Source of the DNA: an uncultured Rickettsiales bacterium
Lineage (GTDB): Bacteria; Pseudomonadota; Alphaproteobacteria; Rickettsiales; SXRF01
Assembly (NCBI GenBank): GCA_964469525.1
Contig: CAYXYU010000003.1
Coordinates: forward strand, 33,185 to 97,184
Direction: 5' to 3'
DNA length: 64,000 bases
The notes under the pieces were generated by a model, which had not been told where the DNA came from, made no database searches, and saw nothing but the letters and a program-made list of their open reading frames with translations. Shown here one piece after another: positions 12,101 to 20,145 of the stretch (within the stretch, counting starts at the first letter, position 1; each line of letters begins with the position of its first letter). The position numbers and the translations under genes were made by a program.

Positions 12101-13450
12101 ATGCCTTTTCTGACGATACCCTCTCTGCTAACGGAGCATTACCGGTCGAAAGACCGTATTATTCGCCGCCCATTCCCTATCAATATGGTGCTCAGCATGA
12201 GCGACTGGAATGAGAGTCGACAGACGCCGGAGGAAGAGAAGTTCGTGGCCAGGCTGCGGCGACGGGAAATAAAGGATGGAGAGGTGTTTACCGGCATTGC
12301 CGGCCTTAAGAGCCTTGACCTCCTCGCTGTAATTGGCAGCGAGAATCACCACACCTATCGGAAAGCCGTGTTATTCGATTTCAACGAACAACAGCTTTCC
12401 GTCATGCAGGAGATATTGCGGCTGATGCGGGAAAATGTGACACCGGAAGCATTTATAAAGCAGTTTTCGCAGGAGTACCCGAACTACTTCAAGATGCCCA
12501 AAGGGCTGCACCGCAAGCGAAAGGAGAATTTCTTTACCGCATTCGGGAGCTCTTACATGCCGCCTCCGGAGCAGCTCGAGCCGATACTCGAGCGTGCGGC
12601 ACGATTTCCCAAATCTCCGGGCAGCGAGCCAAGCTGGCTGGAGCCAGAAAACTACAAGACTATACGTGAAATGGCGGTTACGGATGACATCGCACTAGTC
12701 AATGTGGATATGCGCGACTCCCGGCGCATGCAGATACTTAAGGGCTGGCTGGAAGCACAGCAACTTATGCCCGGAGATATGTACCTGTCATCGAGTCTCG
12801 ATTTCGTCGATCCTAATGTGAAGACGGATTACTATGGCAAGGGCGGGAAGCATCGCCTTAAGGAGGCCCGTAATTTCTATGACAACCTATTAATGCTAAC
12901 CGATCCACAGACGCACTTTCTCATCTCAGTACCCGATCCCGAGCACTCAATCCTGCATAGCTATTCCATGCAGGCACTGAGAAGGCATGACGTGGAGCAG
13001 CGCAAGGCGGCGCTGCACGAAGGACATTGGAGGCAGAAGCGCTGCTCGATTCCTTTTTCTGCCGGCGGACAGGAGTGGCGCCTCAATTCCTTTGAAAGTG
13101 CTAATGGGCGTTATTTCCGTATTTTTACCGAAATGCCGCCGGGTAATTTCGGTAAAATCCAAGTCGAACTCCAGCGTATAAACCAGATGCTGCAGGACCA
13201 GGAGAAGGCACAGGATATCCGCATCATCCCGCCTACCGAATACCCGAAGTCAGCGGATGATGATCCAGCTTTCTTTAATAACGTGGCTTTTTTCGAGAAT
13301 GAAAAACATTTGCCTCCGAATCACCAACGCTATGCCCTCTTTTCCAGTGAGCCTTTCCGATACGGTGAACATGCCTATGAGGCTACGCTGGATTGTCTGG
13401 TGGATGGGGTGCGTCATATATTTGCCAATCAAAGTCGCGCTTTAGAATAA
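12101..13450 (+). CDS. Hypothetical protein (449 aa), possible divergent Rossmann/methyltransferase-like N-terminus
   Basis: Long AT-richer ORF between mreB and mreC. FTGIAGLKSLDLL...VLFDFNEQQL pattern. Confidence 0.6.
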   Translation: MPFLTIPSLLTEHYRSKDRIIRRPFPINMVLSMSDWNESRQTPEEEKFVARLRRREIKDGEVFTGIAGLKSLDLLAVIGSENHHTYRKAVLFDFNEQQLSVMQEILRLMRENVTPEAFIKQFSQEYPNYFKMPKGLHRKRKENFFTAFGSSYMPPPEQLEPILERAARFPKSPGSEPSWLEPENYKTIREMAVTDDIALVNVDMRDSRRMQILKGWLEAQQLMPGDMYLSSSLDFVDPNVKTDYYGKGGKHRLKEARNFYDNLLMLTDPQTHFLISVPDPEHSILHSYSMQALRRHDVEQRKAALHEGHWRQKRCSIPFSAGGQEWRLNSFESANGRYFRIFTEMPPGNFGKIQVELQRINQMLQDQEKAQDIRIIPPTEYPKSADDDPAFFNNVAFFENEKHLPPNHQRYALFSSEPFRYGEHAYEATLDCLVDGVRHIFANQSRALE

Positions 13451-13615
13451 AGGCTTCAAAAGCAGAACCTAGCGCGTTATTTACATACAATTTTAACTAA
13501 ATTGTACGAAAATAGTGTCTTACGCTGCGATCAGGCCGTCGCCGTCACGATTTCGGTTGCGATTGATCCGGCAAAAAGTGACAATAGGAAACAGGTTACA
13601 AGACCCTGAAGGGGC

Positions 13616-14464
13616 ATGAAGGATTTTCGGGCAATGAGCGTCAAGAAAGCACATAGCACGTATGTGTATCTGCCAGGACGGCAGTGGTTCAACCGTGCCG
13701 CCATTGCCCTGCTGATCGCAGTCGGCTTTACTTTGATGATCATGAGCAAGACCGGTAGCCCCGCCATCATCAAGCTGCGCACCCAGATCAACGATGTGGC
13801 CGTACCTGTACTGGCGGTGGCCACCAGCCCGATGGATGCGCTCTACAACGCTGGTTCGTGGCTGCGGGAAATGGCCGCGCTGCGTGAGGAAAATATTTCG
13901 CTGAAGAACCAGAACATCGAACTGCTCAAGTGGCAGGCGGCGGCGAAGGCAATGGAAAGCGAGAACCAGTCGTTGCGCACCTTGCTTGGTGTCGTGCCGG
14001 CGATGAAGACCGGTTTTGTTACGGTGCGCATTGTATCCGACATCGGTGGACCGTATGTGCATTCAGCGCTGATTGACGGTGGCAGCGAGAACAGTATCAG
14101 AAAAGACCAGGCGGTAATCGCGCATCACGGCCTGATCGGGCGCGTGATCGATGTCGGCGCGAGCAGCAGCCGTGTCCTGCTGCTGAACGACATCAATTCG
14201 CGCGTGCCGGTGATCGCCGAATATGCGCAGGAGAAAAGCATATTGAGCGGCAATAATTCGGATCTGCCCAGCCTGTCCTATCTTGCTCCCGACAGCCGGA
14301 TTATGGTGGGTGAGCGAATTGTAACATCCGGCGACGGCGGCGTCTTTCCACAAGGCATTCCGGTCGGCGTTGTGACCAGCATCGATCAGGGCGTCATCCG
14401 GGTGCAGCCTTTCGTCGATCCGGCCAGTGTGCAATATGTCAGCGTACTCGATTTCGCGTTGTAA
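13616..14464 (+). CDS. mreC: Rod shape-determining protein MreC
   Basis: N-terminal TM helix, coiled coil, GLIGRV...RVLLLND and TSGDGGVFPQGIPVG. Confidence 0.94.
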   Translation: MKDFRAMSVKKAHSTYVYLPGRQWFNRAAIALLIAVGFTLMIMSKTGSPAIIKLRTQINDVAVPVLAVATSPMDALYNAGSWLREMAALREENISLKNQNIELLKWQAAAKAMESENQSLRTLLGVVPAMKTGFVTVRIVSDIGGPYVHSALIDGGSENSIRKDQAVIAHHGLIGRVIDVGASSSRVLLLNDINSRVPVIAEYAQEKSILSGNNSDLPSLSYLAPDSRIMVGERIVTSGDGGVFPQGIPVGVVTSIDQGVIRVQPFVDPASVQYVSVLDFAL

Positions 14465-14473
14465 TTCTCGCGT

Positions 14474-15007
14474 ATGATCCATCTCTCGCGCAGGCTGGAA
14501 CTGGTGTTCTGGGGCATCCTGCCGGGACTGATCACGCTGACGCTGACCATTCTGTTCCTCTCGGCGAAACATATCAGCGGCATCAGTCAGTTTATGCCGT
14601 TGCTGCCGTTGATTCCAATATTCTACTGGGGCATGACGCAGGCAAGCGAGATGCCCTACTGGTTCGTGTTTGCGACCGGTCTGGTGATCGATTCGGTTAC
14701 CGGCCTGCCGCTCGGGCTATCCTCATTGATGTATGTATTCTTCCTGATGCTCCTGCAGGCCCAACGTAAATATTTCCATAAGGAGGGTTTCGTTATCAAA
14801 TGGGCTTACTTTGCGGCACTGCTGGGTATTACCGGGCTGCTCAACTGGGCGGTACTGTCTTTCTTCAATTCACGTCTGGAGAATCTGCTGCCCGCCATCG
14901 TCCAGTGGTTCCTGACCGCCTGCTGCTATCCCGCCTTCCATAAGGGGTTCGAGGGGCTGCACCACTATGTCCATACCCGCCGCTGGCAGATTCTGCACGG
15001 GCGATAA
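14474..15007 (+). CDS. mreD: Rod shape-determining protein MreD
   Basis: Multi-TM protein with IFYWG and GLVIDSVTGLPLG; synteny with mreC. Confidence 0.9.
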   Translation: MIHLSRRLELVFWGILPGLITLTLTILFLSAKHISGISQFMPLLPLIPIFYWGMTQASEMPYWFVFATGLVIDSVTGLPLGLSSLMYVFFLMLLQAQRKYFHKEGFVIKWAYFAALLGITGLLNWAVLSFFNSRLENLLPAIVQWFLTACCYPAFHKGFEGLHHYVHTRRWQILHGR

Positions 15008-15022
15008 GGTGAGGGGAGGGTG

Positions 15023-15086
15023 GATGATAAGATGATAGATGATATGAGCGTTATTTTCTGATCTTATCATCTATCATCTTATCATC
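15023..15086. repeat. Perfect 22-bp inverted repeat built of GATGATA(A) units
   Basis: gatgataagatgatagatgata (15023-15044) pairs with tatcatctatcatcttatcatc (15065-15086). Confidence 0.9.
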
Positions 15087-15100
15087 TATTATCTTCTCCA

Positions 15101-16930
15101 ATGCCCAAGGAAAATGAGAAACAGCGCATCTTCAACCGGCGGGCGGTGATTTTCGGCGGCCTGCAGGCGGCGGCCTTTACCGCACTGGCCGGACGGCTCT
15201 ATTACCTCCAGTTTATTAAGGCGGACGAGTACGCTACCCTTTCGGAAAATAATCGAATTAAGCTGCAGCTCATTGCGCCGCAGCGCGGCAACATTGTCGA
15301 TCGCCGCAACCTGCTGATGGCAGCCAATGAGCAGAACTACCGGCTGTTCATCGATTTCAGCTCCCTAAGCCAGTCGGTCTTCCAGGAAACGGTCGATCGG
15401 CTGCAGGCACTGCTGCCGCTGCCCGAGAAGAGATACAGAACGCTGAAGAAAACCCGCGTTTCCTCGGCTTCGATGCCGGAGATGCTGAAGGAGCATTTGA
15501 CCTGGGAGGAGGTGTCGCTGATCGAGCTGCACATGCTGGAGCTGGCCGGAGTGTTCATCGACGTTGGGCAGATTCGACATTACCCTCTGGCCGATCAGGC
15601 GGCCCATCTGATTGGCTATGTCGGTGCGGTATCGGAAAGCGAATTGTCTGCTGATGATCAGCCCCTGATGCGTCTGCCGGATTTCAAGATCGGCAAGAAC
15701 GGCATCGAGAAGATGATGGAATACAAGCTGCGCGGTACCGCCGGTATCCGCCAGATCGAGGTCAATGTGCACGGCGTGCCGGTGCGCGAGGTCGGCAAGA
15801 AGGAGAGCATTCCCGGCGAGACCGTGCGACTTACCGTCGACAGCCGGCTGCAGGCCTATACGGCGGATCTGGTGAAGAATGAGAGCGCCTCGGTGGTAGT
15901 GATGGATGTGCATACCGGCGATATCCTGGCGCTGGTATCGATGCCCGCCTTTCAGCCGGACATCTTCAGCAAGGGCATCACCACCGACTACTGGAAGGAA
16001 CTTTCCACCAACAGCAAGGGACCGCTGCTCAACAAGGCGATCAGCGGCCAGTACCCGCCGGGCTCAACCTTCAAAATGATCGTCGGACTGGCCGGGTTGG
16101 CCGCTGGCGTGATCGCTCCCTTCACGCCGGTGCATTGCCCTGGGCATTTCTATCTCGGTGATCACCGGTTCAATTGCTGGAAGGAAGGCGGGCACGGTAC
16201 CGTTACCTTCCATACGGCCATCGAGCAGTCCTGCGACACATTCTTTTACACTGTAGCTGAGTGGTTGGGGATCGACAGTTTCGCCGGCATGGCGCACCGG
16301 TTTGGACTGGGGCAGACCTATGATCTCGGCATCATGGGGGAGAAGGCAGGAATTATTCCTGACCCGGAATGGAAAATGCGTCGCTACCAGCAGCGCTGGA
16401 CCGGAGGCGACACCATCAACTGCTCTATCGGACAAGGGTATGTGCTGACCACGCCGCTGCAGTTGGCGGTGATGACCTCGCGCATGGTCAATGGTGGCTT
16501 TGCGGTCACGCCGCGGCTGGTAGTGAAGCCCGGTCAGGAGCATCCGGTATTCGAGCCGGTCAAGATCGGCGGGGATTTTCTGGCGTTGAACCGCGCGGCC
16601 ATGGCGGCGGTGGTCAACGATCCCAGCGGCACGGCCTATGGCAAGCGCATACGCGAGCCGCAGTTTGCCATGGGCGGCAAAACCGGCACTTCGCAGGTGC
16701 GCAAGATTCTCCAGCGCGGCATGGACCAGTCGGCATTACCATGGGAGTATCGCCATCATGCGCTGTTTGTGGGCTATGCGCCGGTTGATGCGCCGAAATA
16801 TGCCTGCGCTGTGGTGGTGGAGCATGGCGGCGGGGGTGCCGCGACGGCGGCGCCGGTGGCGCGCGATATCTTGCTGAAACTGCAGCAGCTAGTGGAAAGC
16901 GATCGTCGGGAGAAGGAAGTGTATGGCTGA
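15101..16930 (+). CDS. mrdA: Penicillin-binding protein 2
   Basis: YPPGSTFK (SxxK), SCD and GKTGT motifs; synteny with mreBCD. Confidence 0.95.
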   Translation: MPKENEKQRIFNRRAVIFGGLQAAAFTALAGRLYYLQFIKADEYATLSENNRIKLQLIAPQRGNIVDRRNLLMAANEQNYRLFIDFSSLSQSVFQETVDRLQALLPLPEKRYRTLKKTRVSSASMPEMLKEHLTWEEVSLIELHMLELAGVFIDVGQIRHYPLADQAAHLIGYVGAVSESELSADDQPLMRLPDFKIGKNGIEKMMEYKLRGTAGIRQIEVNVHGVPVREVGKKESIPGETVRLTVDSRLQAYTADLVKNESASVVVMDVHTGDILALVSMPAFQPDIFSKGITTDYWKELSTNSKGPLLNKAISGQYPPGSTFKMIVGLAGLAAGVIAPFTPVHCPGHFYLGDHRFNCWKEGGHGTVTFHTAIEQSCDTFFYTVAEWLGIDSFAGMAHRFGLGQTYDLGIMGEKAGIIPDPEWKMRRYQQRWTGGDTINCSIGQGYVLTTPLQLAVMTSRMVNGGFAVTPRLVVKPGQEHPVFEPVKIGGDFLALNRAAMAAVVNDPSGTAYGKRIREPQFAMGGKTGTSQVRKILQRGMDQSALPWEYRHHALFVGYAPVDAPKYACAVVVEHGGGGAATAAPVARDILLKLQQLVESDRREKEVYG

Positions 16931-16933
16931 CGC

Positions 16934-17353
16934 TTATTCTTCGTCGATATACTGTTTTTCCATGCGCTCGTGGCGTTCCTGCGCCTCGATGGTCATGGTG
17001 GCGATGGGGCGGGCCTCGAGGCGCTTGAGGCCGATCGGTTCGCCAGTTTCTTCGCAGTAGCCGTAGGTGCCATCGTCAATCCGCTTCAGGGCGGAGTCGA
17101 TCTTGCCGATCAGCTTGAGGTAACGGTTGCGCGTGCGCAGTTCAACGCCGGCTTCGGTCTCCAGCGAGGCGCGGTCGGACAGGTCGGGCTCGCGCCAGTT
17201 CTCTTCCTTGAGATTATTGATCGTCTCCTGCGACTCGGCCAGCAGCTCATCCCGCCAGGCCAGCAGCTTCTGCCGGAAATATTCCAGCTGCTTGGCATTC
17301 ATGTATTTCTCGGACTCGCTTGGCTGATAGCTCTTGGACAATTTGGCAGGCAT
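16934..17353 (-). CDS. dksA: RNA polymerase-binding protein DksA (alpha-type, single Cys)
   Basis: YMNAKQLEYFR, PDLSDRAS and YGYCEETGEPIGLKRLEARP. Confidence 0.95.
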   Translation of the reverse strand: MPAKLSKSYQPSESEKYMNAKQLEYFRQKLLAWRDELLAESQETINNLKEENWREPDLSDRASLETEAGVELRTRNRYLKLIGKIDSALKRIDDGTYGYCEETGEPIGLKRLEARPIATMTIEAQERHERMEKQYIDEE

Positions 17354-17450
17354 TCGTCACCTCGGCTGTCGATACAAAAGTTAATAGTTTATTATAGGGA
17401 AAAAGTTCGGGCTGTATAGCCAAAGCCGGCGAAAAAAGCAACGATAAACG

Positions 17451-17897
17451 CTATTCCTCAACTTGGCTGCGAATGGCGGTTTCCAGTTTGGCCATCTCGA
17501 CGGCAGCGCGCAGTTCGATGTCCTCGATAATGGCGGTCAATCGCGGATCATTAACTACCTGTTTTTTAAGAACCAGGTTGCGATTCATCTCCTGCAGGAC
17601 AGAAAGCGGCAAGCTGCCGGTAAGCAGCTGGCGGCGTAGCTTTTCCAAGCTATCCAGTAGGTTATGCCCCTGCTGCGCCAGCTTGCCGCGGCGCACTTCC
17701 TCATCAGAAATCTCTTGTAACGCCAGCATGTTGCTGACTGCCGCGGTGGCGGTGATGTCGCTTGCAGGCGCCGCTTCCGTCGCCGCCCCTGCTTCCGAGG
17801 CGGCGAGCAGTTCGGCAAAGCTCTGCACGGCGCTGCTTTTGGTGGTCTTTTTACTGCCGCCTGCCTTGCCGATCGATCCGAAGCCGGTGATTTTCAT
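17451..17897 (-). CDS. fliX: Flagellar assembly regulator FliX-like
   Basis: LLDSLEKLRRQLL...DPRLTAIIEDIELRAAVEMAK; divergent from flgI and next to dksA. Confidence 0.8.
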   Translation of the reverse strand: MKITGFGSIGKAGGSKKTTKSSAVQSFAELLAASEAGAATEAAPASDITATAAVSNMLALQEISDEEVRRGKLAQQGHNLLDSLEKLRRQLLTGSLPLSVLQEMNRNLVLKKQVVNDPRLTAIIEDIELRAAVEMAKLETAIRSQVEE

Positions 17898-18076
17898 AAC
17901 TCCCTATATAACAGGCTTTGTAATAAAGGTAAAAGCCGCGTTTTCGGCCGAGAGCAGGAAAAAAATGCCGAGCGGGAAGGGCAGAAGGGAGGGCAACGCT
18001 GCACCGCCCGGGCAGGCGGTCGCCCGCTTGCGCTGAATATCAAGCCATATGAAAATGTTATTGCTGGTTTCCTGGT

Positions 18077-18092
18077 TGGCATGAGAATCGCT
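18077..18092 (+). promoter_or_regulatory. Sigma54 promoter of the flgI operon
   Basis: TGGCATGAGAATCGCT fits GG-N10-GC, 26 nt before the flgI ATG. Confidence 0.55.
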
Positions 18093-18118
18093 ACGATTCG
18101 GCGTAGGAGAGTAGCTTT

Positions 18119-19246
18119 ATGAAAACCCAACCCCTAACTCACATTTTAATTGGAATCCTGGTTGTCCTATGTATCGGCTTGTCCGGGGCTGCCCATGCGC
18201 AGGCGCGCATCAAGGACATCATCTCCTTCGAGGGTGTGCGCGAGAACATGCTGATGGGCTACGGGCTGGTGGTTGGCCTCAATGGCACCGGCGACAAGCT
18301 GACCAACGCCGCTTTCACGGAGCAGAGCCTGATCGCTTTTCTTGAGCGGCAGGGAGTCAATACGCGCGGCACATCGCTTAAGACGAAGAACGTGGCAGCT
18401 GTTACCGTTACGGCGCGCCTGCCCGCTTTTGCACGGGCTGGCAGCAAGCTCGATGTGACAGTGAGCGCCATGGGCGACGCCAAAGACTTGACCGGCGGTA
18501 CGCTGCTCGCCACGCCGCTCTACGGCGCCGACAACGAAGTCTATGTGGTGGCGCAGGGGCAGATTTCGATCGGCGGCTTCAAGGCCAGCGCCGATTCCAC
18601 CACCATCACCAAAGGGGTGCCGACCTCGGGCTTTGTCGCTAACGGCGGCATTGTCGAAAAAGAGATCAATTTCGATTTCAACAGCCTGCCGGAGGTCAAG
18701 CTGGCGCTGCGCAATCCTGACATCACCACCGCCGAGGCGGTGGCAAGTGTCATCAATGAGCAGGTCGGCCCCGGCTTGGCCGCGGTTTCCGATCCGGGTA
18801 CTGTCGTGCTGACCGTGCCGGCAGCATACCAGAATAGCGTGACGCAGCTCTTGGCCGATGTGGAAAAGTTGGAAGTGCAGACCGATCAGGTGGCGAAGAT
18901 CGTCATCGACGAGGCATCGGGGACCATTGTCATGGGTGAGAACGTGCGCATCGATACGGTGGCGGTGGCGCAAGGCAACCTGATCGTGAAAATTGAAGAG
19001 ACGCCGGTGGCTTCGCAACCGCCCCCCTTCGCGCCGGAAGGTTCAGAAACAGTGGTTGCCACCCAGGCCAGCGTGACGGTGGACGAGTCGCCGGGTAAGC
19101 GCATGGCGGTGCTGTCGCGCGGCGCCACGCTCAAGGACCTGGTGGCGGGCTTGAATGCGTTGGGCGTCGGTCCGCGCGACCTGATCACGATTCTGCAGAC
19201 CATCAAGGCAGCGGGCGCGCTACAGGCCGAGATACAGACGAGGTAA
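18119..19246 (+). CDS. flgI: Flagellar P-ring protein
   Basis: RIKDI...GYGLVVGLNGTGD and LQTIKAAGALQAE. Confidence 0.97.
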   Translation: MKTQPLTHILIGILVVLCIGLSGAAHAQARIKDIISFEGVRENMLMGYGLVVGLNGTGDKLTNAAFTEQSLIAFLERQGVNTRGTSLKTKNVAAVTVTARLPAFARAGSKLDVTVSAMGDAKDLTGGTLLATPLYGADNEVYVVAQGQISIGGFKASADSTTITKGVPTSGFVANGGIVEKEINFDFNSLPEVKLALRNPDITTAEAVASVINEQVGPGLAAVSDPGTVVLTVPAAYQNSVTQLLADVEKLEVQTDQVAKIVIDEASGTIVMGENVRIDTVAVAQGNLIVKIEETPVASQPPPFAPEGSETVVATQASVTVDESPGKRMAVLSRGATLKDLVAGLNALGVGPRDLITILQTIKAAGALQAEIQTR

Positions 19247-19355
19247 ATATGAGATTCGTCAGACAGTGTTTCTCTCTATATCACCGGCTGCGCTGCCGGA
19301 TGCTGCGCCGCCCCGACAGTATCCTGCTTGCCTGCCTGGAGGAGAAGGTAGTTTT

Positions 19356-19685
19356 ATGATCAATCCCGCCGATGCCGCCGCACTGCTCTATGGCGGCCAT
19401 GGATATGGCGCCGGGGCCGGTATCGCCGCGCTGGGCCAGGGTAAAGGGCTTACCGCGACGCAGATCGACCGGGCGGCGCAGGATTTCGAGGCGATGTTCA
19501 TGGCACAGATGCTGGAGCAGATGTTTGGTGACTCGCTGGGGACGGAAGCGTTCGGTGACCAGGAGAGCCACGACATCTACAAGGCCCTGATGGTGGATGA
19601 ATACGGGAAGGAAATCAGCCGCAGCGGCGGCATCGGCATCGCCGATTATGTGAAACGGGAACTGCTGAAGTTACAGGAGATGTAG
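19356..19685 (+). CDS. flgJ: Flagellar rod-binding protein FlgJ (short form)
   Basis: AAQDFEAMFMAQML...GGIGIADYV; no muramidase domain. Confidence 0.85.
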   Translation: MINPADAAALLYGGHGYGAGAGIAALGQGKGLTATQIDRAAQDFEAMFMAQMLEQMFGDSLGTEAFGDQESHDIYKALMVDEYGKEISRSGGIGIADYVKRELLKLQEM

Positions 19686-19687
19686 TT

Positions 19688-20137
19688 ATGGGTACGCAAA
19701 TGAATGCCTCCGCACCGTCGATCAAGGTGCAGGACGTCATTACACTCACCGCACGGCTGGCACAGCTGCTGGCCGAGGAGGTTGATCTGCTTTCGGAGAT
19801 GAAAGTCTCGAAGATCGAGGCATTGCAACAGGAGAAGCTGTTCCTGGTGAACGCGCTCGATGCGCAGCGCCGGCTGCTCGACAAGCATCCGCACCTGCTC
19901 GAAGCCATTCCGTCACAGGATAAGCAGGACCTTAGGGAGGTTGTCGAGGTATTCAATGACATCCTCGAGGAGAACCATCGCAAACTCCTGCTGGCCAAGG
20001 AAGTCAACCACAAGATCGTCGAAGCGATCACCGCCGTCGTCAGGGAGCAGACTGCGAGCAAGGTGTATGACGGCAAGGGCTATGCCGGCGCGGCGCCGTT
20101 TGAGACGTTGTCGGTGACGTTGAATAAAACCATTTAG
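19688..20137 (+). CDS. FlgN-like flagellar export chaperone
   Basis: Helical protein between flgJ and flgK; LSEMKVSKIEALQQEK. Confidence 0.6.
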   Translation: MGTQMNASAPSIKVQDVITLTARLAQLLAEEVDLLSEMKVSKIEALQQEKLFLVNALDAQRRLLDKHPHLLEAIPSQDKQDLREVVEVFNDILEENHRKLLLAKEVNHKIVEAITAVVREQTASKVYDGKGYAGAAPFETLSVTLNKTI

Positions 20138-20145
20138 GGGCGATT

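Noticed and set aside
17900-18060. FlbD enhancer (ftr) sites between fliX and flgI
   Set aside because: GC-rich partial palindromes exist, but I cannot match them confidently to the consensus by eye.
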